A DNA stretch of 64,000 nt from Lama glama (lineage: Eukaryota): assembly GCA_028534125.1 (NCBI GenBank), contig CM052816.1:75704001-75768000 (forward strand), read 5' to 3'. Of this stretch, positions 55,461-64,000 are shown piece by piece; position 1 is the stretch's first letter, and each line of letters opens with the position of its first letter. The notes beneath the pieces were generated by a model, which ran no database searches, was not told the DNA's origin, and saw nothing but the letters and a program-made list of their open reading frames with translations. The translations under genes were made by a program, and so were the position numbers.

Positions 55461-58400
55461 GTATGTTTTTAGAGTTTTCTTATAGAGAACAGTTTTGGTT
55501 TTTGATAGGGCAGAGTATTCCTGAGATCACCCAGAGATCTAAAGTCTGGCCCATGTGCCTTTGACTGGTATCTCCCGTGTGGTGTCGAAGAGTTTGAGGA
55601 ATTACAAGAAATAGTGCTAAATGGAAGCACTTCTTTTCCTTTTCTGTGTTCTTTTTTCTTCTTTTTTTTTTTCAGTCGGTAAGGATGGTTGTAAGATTCC
55701 TTGTTAATCATTTTTGTCATAATTAAGTCAAAGTTGAGAAACCAGCATTTTTGTTTCTAGGCATGTTATTATTTTTTATTCTGAGAGTAATCTTTTATTA
55801 ATGTATTTTAATATAAAGCATAACATGATGCTTAAACTGTAATAGCTCCTCAAATTGGGAGTAAGGGTAGAAAATAAATAACAACTAAGGACAATTAACA
55901 GCTTAATGGCCTAATGTTAGGCTGTGAATTCTCATTTGTGGTGTTCTAGGCATAAAGACTCTTCTCTCGCAGAACTTTTCAAGATTGGCCATTCTGCCTT
56001 AGAAGAAAACCAACTATAAATTTTCCACATCTATGAAATGACTTTCAGAGTGTCCATAAAACATCTTTAGAGATGCCTGTAAATGCCTGTTAAAGGTTCA
56101 TCGGCTTTGTTGTTTTTCTCTTTTTCTCTAAACCACACTAGTGTGGGAGGGAAAAGCTATTCAGTTATTGCCATGGGATTCCCTCTGAAATTTCCTGTGG
56201 TAGATGAGAGATAGCAACTTTGTGGATAAACAAAATCACTCTTGTTTTTTTTTTTGCCTACATGTCAAAACATTGAGTGATTTCACTGAAATCAGCTGGA
56301 TGGTTGCTTTATTTTGAATGGAGAACACTGTGAGATGATTAAGTTTTTTAGCTCTTTAGCATTTGTTTTGGAGTAATGTATACACAGCTTTAGAAGATAA
56401 CTAAACAGAATTAAAGGAATCTGATAGAAATTAGTCTTCTGGCTACTCTAAGCCAAAAATAAATAGAAATAATAGTTTAAAAATATCTAACAGAGTATTA
56501 AACTTGATTGAAAGTAAGATGAGGACTAGAAAATAACGTAAGGAAGAATAGTGAAGTTAAATAAAAAAAGATACAACTCAGTCCCTGAAGATCAACTTCA
56601 CCTTACCCCACCGTCATTTTTGCTGCATTTTTAACCACGTTGGCTTTCCTTATGTTTTTGAACACAGTTCTTAATACAACTTTGTCTGATGACTCTGTCT
56701 GAAAAGCTCTAGTTTCCTGTCTTCTGATGCTGTCGTCTTGTCCTTCAGCTCTCTGCTCATGTGTCCTCTTCTCAGGGAGCCCCTCCCTCCCAGACCATCC
56801 AGTTGAAAGTAGCATCCCTGTGCTCCCTCTTTCTCCATCGTAGTGGCTTTAAGATTTTAGTATGTCTCCCGTTTGAAGTTACCTTACGCACTTACTTAGT
56901 TATTTGTTTGTGTTTGTCTCTCCTGTATGGAACTGTAAGCTCCAGGACAGTAGGGGTTTTGTCTAGATAGACTTTGTACTCTGTCTACAGCTCTTAAAAC
57001 AATTTGCAGCACCTACCAGGCCCTCAGTAGTTACCTGATATTTATAAGGCTGCTATGTTTTGCTATATTATAGTTAGATAGGTTTTTGTGTATTAACTAC
57101 CATATATTGCATTGTATCTATAGGAATATACAGTTTTAGACTCCAGATTTAGAACATAGAATTCTGAGTACCTTTTTTATTTCATCTCCCAACCACCAAG
57201 AGCCTTTGGGAACAGAATTTTCGTACTCTTCACCTGCATGAGAATATGACACTTGAGAATTATTGCTCTTTTCTGAGTCTCATTCCTTTCCCCACAAGCT
57301 ATGATGGTAAGGATTAAGTAACAAAATATGGGGCAGCTTTGAACTTGGAATGAGGAATAATCCTTAGACTGTAGAGAAGAAGGGATGCCTCTGGAGGAAT
57401 TGCTGGAGAAGGAGGGAGGGAGGTTGATAAAAGGAGGGAGCTACTTCTACTTCCTGGGATACAGTCTTTTACCTCCTTGTGAGTTTCTTTTTTTTACCCT
57501 CAAGATTTTCTCATTTAGTTTTATTTAGCACTTTAAGAGAGTTGTCTGAACACACTGAATAGAGCATGATCCAAGTGTGTTAATTGCATACTTTCTCTGA
57601 AGGAGGCCCGATTCTTAAGCATCACAGAGTCTCCTGCTGTCTGGTTTACTTCACTAGTAACTAACTGTAACTACTCTGAGAAAAATTTGGTTTGCAGTGG
57701 AATGGTTTTTAAATTCTGAAGTTGTGCCTTGTAGTATTCATGATTTTTTTGCAACAAAAGACTGGTTTACTTTTCTACCCAAGCCCTTACAGAGACAATA
57801 TAATGAGTCTAGTGGTTATGAGTGAGGGTGTTGAAGTCATTTTAAGTCTAGTTAGATCCTAGCTTTATAATTTCTATCTGTGTAAACTTTGGGCAGATTC
57901 TTAACCTTTTACGTGTCAGTTTCTAGTTTCCTTATATGTGAAATGCTGATACTTACCTCAGACTATTGGTGGGTTAAAGAACAAGTCCATGGAAAAGAGC
58001 TCAGCATGCCACCTGACACCTAGTAGGCACACGATAAATGTAGTTTAGGTAATTTATTTTAAGATTTTATATGTGATTGGTATATTTCATACAGTATTAA
58101 AGTTTTTAATAAGTATTTTGATCAGATATCTTTTTCTAGAATTATTGCTAAGTGGGATATGTTTTTTCAAGAATTACCGTGTGGGTCCCAACTTTGATAT
58201 ATTGGCTTTTAAGGTTTCAACCACTAGATGGTGATAATTGGTTGTGCAGCTAAATGATCTAATTTTTTTTTTCTCTGTGAGAGTTAGTGTGTATGTGTGT
58301 GAAGCAGGAACATAATTAGAATTAATAACATGAATTTTGTCTCTTGTCTGGAAAAGCATACCTACCAAAGTGAACTTGAGGGTGATCTGGCCATGTGAAA

Positions 58401-58711
58401 CATGTTCTGTTGAGTGCCAGCCTGGATATATTTAATGACAATGATCTCGCCTCACATTCCGTGGAAGAGGATAGATGCAGTCAGTGTAGAATGCCTTTAT
58501 TTTCTCACTACCACGTCTTTCAGTCTGAGTGTGTCTGCATGAAAGCCGTCTGCCCTCACTCTGTGGTAATGAAGGCCCCTGCTTTTACCAAAGGCTCATC
58601 CCTCCACTCCTGCCTAGGCCTCACCCCTCCTTGCCTTTTCAGGAATATTGTTCCTAAGATCCCCTTCCATTTTGATGTCACCTGTTCTTTCTCTATGTTT
58701 TTTTTACTCTT

Positions 58712-58912
58712 TTTTTTTAATGGCATTATAGTTGATGTACAGTATTATATAAATTAACAGTTGTGCTGTATAGTGATTCACAATTTCTGAAGGTTATATC
58801 CACTTATAAAATATTGGCTATATTCCCTGTGTTCTACAATATATCCTTGTAGCTTACTTTATACAGAATAATTTGTACCTCTTAATCCCCTACTCCTGAA
58901 CTGCCCCTCCCC
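58712..58912 (-). mobile_element. L1 3'UTR fragment (artiodactyl-type)
   Basis: T-run followed by ATAGTTGATGTACAGTATTAT...ATAGTGATTCACAATTT...TATTGGCTATATTCCCTGTG...CCTTGTAGCTTA; flanked by ACTCTTTT on both sides. Confidence 0.7.
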
Positions 58913-59748
58913 GACTCTTTTAGCCCCCCTCACTGGTATACAAACACACCCTAATAGGATCCATTTAAAAACCTTCCCTTGACTCCACTCACCCTACCAT
59001 TTCTCTGCTTTCCCTTCACCACAAACTCCATTTCTTGATGAATCATCATCCTTTCAGTCCATTCTAGTCAGCCTCTGTCCCCACTCGTTCACCGAAACCA
59101 CTCTTGAAAAGGTTATCAGTGACCTCCATGTTGTGGAATCCAGTCATCGTGTCTTGGTTCTTACTTACCGTACACCTCGTCACGTCCTCAACACAGCTGA
59201 GCGCTCTTCCTCAGTACGCCGCTCCAGTCTGCAGCACCACACTCTCATGTGTTTCCCTTTGTGTCAGTGTCCACTGCCTGTCCATCTTCCTTGCTTACTC
59301 TTTTCTTTTGCTCACTTTCTACATATTGGTAGGCCACAGTATTTAGACAATACTTCCTCCCTTTTCCGTATACATTCTTGCCCTTCTTAAACATACAAAG
59401 TCGCTTGCTTTCAGTACTATATCTGTGCCAGTGGCTGCCAAATGTGTGCCTGCAGTGGTGTCCTCCCACCTCATTTACAGACTCTTAAGTCTCCCATGCT
59501 TGCTTTATACCCACTTGGGTGTCCAATGAGTTTCTCAAACTTAACATGTGCTGAGCAGAACTCCTGATTTTTCTCCCCAGCATCTGGCCCTTTCCAGTCT
59601 TGCCCATGTCAGTAATAAAAGGTGCCACCATTGACACAGTTGCTTAAGTCCAAAAGCCAGGAGTCATCTCTGCCGCTTTAATGGGCCAGTCCAGAGCCAG
59701 TCAGCCCCACTCACCTCCAGACACCTGCCCTTGAGACAGCGCATGACA

Positions 59749-59890
59749 TTTTTTTCAATGTTTTTTTTTTTAAGTGAAGTACAGTTGATTTGCAATATTG
59801 TGTTAGTGTCAGGTGTATAGCAAAGTGATTCAGATATGCACACATATATATTTCAGATTATTTTCCATTGTAGGTTATTACAAATATTAT
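59749..59890 (-). mobile_element. L1 3'UTR fragment (artiodactyl-type)
   Basis: T-run then GAAGTACAGTTGATTTGCAATATTGTGTTAG...CAGGTGTATAGCAAAGTGATTCAG...GTAGGTTATTACAA. Confidence 0.7.
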
Positions 59891-59894
59891 TATT

Positions 59895-60393
59895 ACCATG
59901 AAGTGCTGGTAGCTGCTGCTGTCATCACAGGCCAGAGAGCCCCCACGAATGCTGCTAACTGATAATGAAAGACCATCATACCTTGACACTGGCTAGGTTG
60001 GACCTAGAGGTGCTCTAGAGGGACAGGGTCACCCACCCAGAAATGTTGAGTGGGTTAAAGCCTTGTGGGGCCAACTTTGACTGATGGCAGACAGGCTATG
60101 GGGAGAGAGGCTGCAGATAAATTTTTCTTCCTTTCCCCACTGGACTGTTTCCAATACAAAGAGGTTTCACACTGTCTCTGAAGAAGTTCTACAAGATTAG
60201 CAATCATCTCTGTTTGTTCTTGAAGCTTTTGCCAGCTTAGCATATGCCTTGTATTTATTCTCCCTCTTTCCTGCCTCACTTTTCTTTTTTTTTTCCCCTT
60301 ACTCTTGCCTCCCTTGAATCCTACCCTCCACAGAGGGTCACCTTGTATGCTTAGGCTTCACGCTTTATTTCCCAGGTAACCCAAGCTAAGACA
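59895..60393. mobile_element. ERVL-type LTR remnant (LTR16-like)
   Basis: GTTAAAGCCTTGTGGGGCCAACTTTGAC and terminal AACCCAAGCTAAGACA (family by recall). Confidence 0.45.
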
Positions 60394-62144
60394 GTATCCT
60401 GGATTCTTTGCTTTTTTCACTCCTCATATCCTATCCAAGTTGAGGCCACTTTACTTTTTAACATACTCTAAATCACTTTTATCCTCCCTTCTGTTTTCAT
60501 TGCTGTCATCCTAGTCTAATCTACTGTCATCTCTTACCTAGATTAATTACCCTGGTAGTCTCCTAACTAACGGGTTTCCCCTGCTCATTCTTACACCCCT
60601 GGACTCCATTCCCCTCCCCTGGGCCTGACTGATCTTTTCAAAATATACATCAGTTCATGTCTCTGTGTTCCATGGAAACTTTACAAATTCCCCGCAATTC
60701 ACACAGGTAAATCTGTACTCATGATCAAGGCCTGCTAGTTCCGTGATCATGGCTTTGGACTGCCTCTCTGACCTCTCACAACCCTTCCTTCTTCCACTGG
60801 AGCCTTGCTGGTTTTCTTTCCTTGTCTCAGAGTGTGGGGTGTTTGATCCTGCCTTGGGCTCTTCCTTTGTCTGGAATGGACTTCTCCAGATTGTCTGTTG
60901 GCTGACTACTTTTTGTCACTCAGCTCTCAGCTCAGACTCCTTCCCAGAGAGATCCTTCCTGACCATGCATTCTGAGTAGCCACCTGGTCACCCCCATCAC
61001 ATCGTTCCATGTGTTTGTCATCATGGCATGTACCGTGTTTTAATTTACATTTGTCTTTCTCTGCCTTCTTCCGACGCACATTCTAGGATGTAAGCTCTAG
61101 AATAGTAGGATCCTTTTATATCTTATTAAATCCTGCTTCCTGAGTACCTAGAATACCACCTGGCCCGGAATACTATTCTACTCTGGTGCTCAATAAATGT
61201 TTATTAAATGAATAAGCTGGTAACTATATAGCTCATTAAACTTGATGCTATAGTAAATTACAGATCTAATTGGGAGCAAACATGTTAGCTAAACATGTTG
61301 ATATTTCTAGCTGGTAAATAAACGTGCTAACTTATTTGACTTGATCACCAGCTGTTCTTTACCTCAGTGTCGGGTAATATCTCACCCTGGCCTGGTGCAA
61401 TCCCTGAACTATTCACTCCGCTTCCTTCTTTGTGCTAGTTCGGGTGCGTACTGTTAAGGTTGTCTTTAAACAGCCTGAATCAGACTTTGGTCACTTATTA
61501 ACCACAGTGACTTTAAACCAAGTTTTTATCTTTTAATGCTTCCTATCCAGCAGCTGCAGTAGGGCAGTGTCTGTTCAGTCTGTTCCAAACCAAGGTTGAA
61601 TTAAGAGATACGTTGTAGAGGTTATGTGAGACCATTGATTTAGTAGGTGCCAAGTTTCCTATGACCCCAAAATAGAGGAAGTAGGTGGTGCCACCTTTTA
61701 TTTGTAGGTCAGGAGAAGTAAATCAAAGAGAGAAATGAGACATGAAGGAGGGGAAGGAATTCAGCAAGCTGGAGTGAAAAAGGAGTGAAATCAGTATCTG
61801 CCAGTTCTTGCTTCTCTTTAACCAGTAGCAAGCAGCTCACTTGTTCCTTTCAACCTTTGCACGCTGTGGGCAACAAAACATATTTCCTTTAGCAGTTCCT
61901 CTGCTGACAGCAATGGTTATGTTTTCAAGTCAAATCAGTGCAACTTGGAAAGAAGACATTTTTCCTTCAATCTGTATGCCTGTGTTTGCACAAATTCGTG
62001 TTTGCATGCTGGCCTCAGGAAAAGAGAAAGCAGACCTAGTGATGGTCAGTGTCATCTTGAACTTCTTGGTTTATTTTGTCCTTTGGGACAACTTAAGCTT
62101 AGGTGTGTAAGCAGCTTTGTGGGAGTGAGTGGGATGAGCCAACA

Positions 62145-62340
62145 TGATTCTCAGTAATAGTGCTGTTGGCGTTTTGGGCAGGACATTTTGTTTTACAGGA
62201 TGATCCTTTGCCTTGCAGGATGTTAACATCCCTGATCCCCTGCCACTAGTGCCTCCAAGTCTTAGTGACAACCCAAGGGCCTCTATAAATTGCCATCAAT
62301 ACCCTACATAGGGTGATAACTGCCCCCAGTTGAGTTAGGC
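62145..62340 (-). mobile_element. MER20-like MITE
   Basis: TTCTCAG...TTTTGGGCAGGACA...TTGCAGGATGTTAACATCCCTG...GTGACAACC...CTGCCCCCAGTTGAG. Confidence 0.55.
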
Positions 62341-62426
62341 AGAAAATAGGATTGAAAGTTTAAAAAAAAAAAAAAGGGCATTTGACAAATGTGACAAATT
62401 CTAACAGTGATTGGGCCAAGTAAAGT

Positions 62427-62592
62427 AGGAGTTGGCAAACCACAGTCTATTTTTATAAATAAAGTTTTATTGGGACACAAACATGCACATTTGTGTATCA
62501 TCTGTGGCAGATTTTGTGCCACAGCAGAAGTGAGTAGTTGTAACAGAATGTATGACCCACAAAGCCTAAAATATTCACTGTATGCTGACCTT
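62427..62592. mobile_element. MER58A-like MITE
   Basis: GGAGTTGGCAAAC...TAAATAAAGTTTTATTGGGACAC...GAGTAGTTGTAACAGA...CCCACAAAGCCTAAAATATT. Confidence 0.7.
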
Positions 62593-62653
62593 GACCTTCA
62601 GTTCCCTTCTCAGAAACCACAACAACTCCTGAAACCTCAGATATCCCAGGGTC

Positions 62654-62794
62654 TTGCTTTTTTTTCCCCTTTTCATGGTGGGGGAAGGTAATCACATTGA
62701 TTTATTTATTCTTAGGAGGAGGTACTGGGGATTGAACCCAGGACCTCGTGCATGCTAAGCATGCACTCTGCCACTTAAGCTATGTTCTCCCCCC
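62654..62794 (-). mobile_element. tRNA-Ala-derived SINE (Vic-1-like)
   Basis: GGAGGTACTGGGGATTGAACCCAGGACCTCGTGCATGCTAAGCATGC...; perfect direct repeat (CC)TCAGATATCCCAGGGTC at 62635-62653 and 62793-62811. Confidence 0.92.
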
Positions 62795-64000
62795 TCAGAT
62801 ATCCCAGGGTCGTCAGGTACCTCTGCTATACCTGGAATTCCAATCTCTTGGTTTTTTTCCACACATGTTCATTCCCCTAGTCTTGACTTATCTTATAATT
62901 TCTTTATCTGGAATGATGAGATCAAACAGAGTAAGAATTAAGGTGTTTGCTACTCTTGGCTTAGGGTAGAATTTGTGTTTACTCTTCCCATGTGTCCACA
63001 TAATTTCAATAAGTGATAGTGACTGAAATCCAGAGCAATGTAGTACTTATTTTTAAAGCAATTTATATAATTTCCCTCACTCTTGCCTGATAAAAACGTA
63101 CTCAAACTCTACTGTGAGCATCATCTCAATGTTCCAGATCCCCTTTCCTTAAATATGACTGTCCTGAGAGAATATGCCACTGGGAAGTATATTTTTTCTC
63201 TTTCATTGTTTTTGCTTTTTTTTCCTTTCTTTTTTTCTAAGCCTGTCTGATTTACGAGATGTTAGGTTCCTTATGATGAATGCTCATTGTGTGTAACCAC
63301 ACGGTATTTTCTCCTTGCTTTCTTCAGAATGCTACTCTATAAATTCTAGATAGAGCAAACTCAAAATAATTTAGAGATTGGTTTTTTTGGTTTAATTCAG
63401 GAAATTGACCATTGCCTAAAGATTGGAATCTGATCTACCTATGTTGGAAATCATACAATTTTCACTTAAAGCTGTCTAAGACTACTTTCAATTTTATTAT
63501 AATTTCTCTATGGAAGCTTCCACAAAACCAAGGAAGTAAATTAAACTTTAATTCAAATATTATATGCTGGACAAAGGAAAGTCATTTCCAAAAGCAAAAT
63601 CTAAACTGAACCAGAAAAGTTATTTTTATCAATAAACATTTTGAGGCACAAATATTATAAATATTAGAAACACAATAAATAAGGTTAAAACTTTAATGTT
63701 CTTGACAACATAGTTTTTAATAAGAAAATAAAATGAATCTCAATATTAGCTACTTATGTACTGAAATGTAGCTGTATAGGAATAGCTTTTAAATTTGTTT
63801 TGGTATTTCTACGTGAGCACATAAAATTGTATAATAGAAGTCAAATAGAAATCTTATGATATTAGTGGAAAGTGATGATCATTTGTGTTTAGTTATTTTT
63901 GACTTGACGTAGACAAAAATGCTATAACATTTCTTCTTATATACAGTCAGTCCTCATTCATGAATTCTGTATTTGTGAGTTCGCTTACTCACTAAAATGT

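Larger units (their letters stand above)
58500..61215 (+). mobile_element. Long degenerate L2 interrupted by two L1 3' fragments and an LTR
   Basis: C/T-rich L2 motifs (AAAAGGTTATCAGTGACCTCCATGTTG, TCTCAAACTTAACATGT, terminal GGTGCTCAATAAATGTTTATTAAATGAAT). Confidence 0.55.

Noticed and set aside
55461..64000. Further TTC33 coding exons
   Set aside because: No TPR-like in-frame exon with splice sites recognised; the region is dominated by old repeats, so later exons probably lie beyond the window.

Overview
Mammalian genomic DNA, very probably a camelid judging by its tRNA-Ala-derived SINEs and L1 3' tail. It covers the conserved RPL37 - PRKAA1 - TTC33 block, with all three genes on the + strand. 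It contains: the complete 4-exon RPL37 (97 aa) hosting intronic C/D snoRNA SNORD72; a 500-N assembly gap; about 17 kb of repeat-rich intergenic DNA; the complete PRKAA1 (AMPK alpha-1; 9 constitutive coding exons summing to 1680 nt = 559 aa + stop, plus an intact 45-nt cassette exon); and the promoter and first coding exon of TTC33. All annotated introns are GT-AG. I found no evidence of a previously undescribed biological system. The observations most worth checking are modest: inverted lineage-specific SINEs bracketing the AMPK activation-loop exon, a possible stop-introducing alternative acceptor, a tailless tRNA-Ala(TGC) 3' retrocopy, an ultra-truncated L1 insertion with a perfect 15-bp TSD, ST-loop substitutions, and a miRNA/Pumilio-site-rich 3'UTR. 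Gene, repeat-family and human-comparison calls come from recognition or recall, not database searches, and repeat boundaries are approximate.
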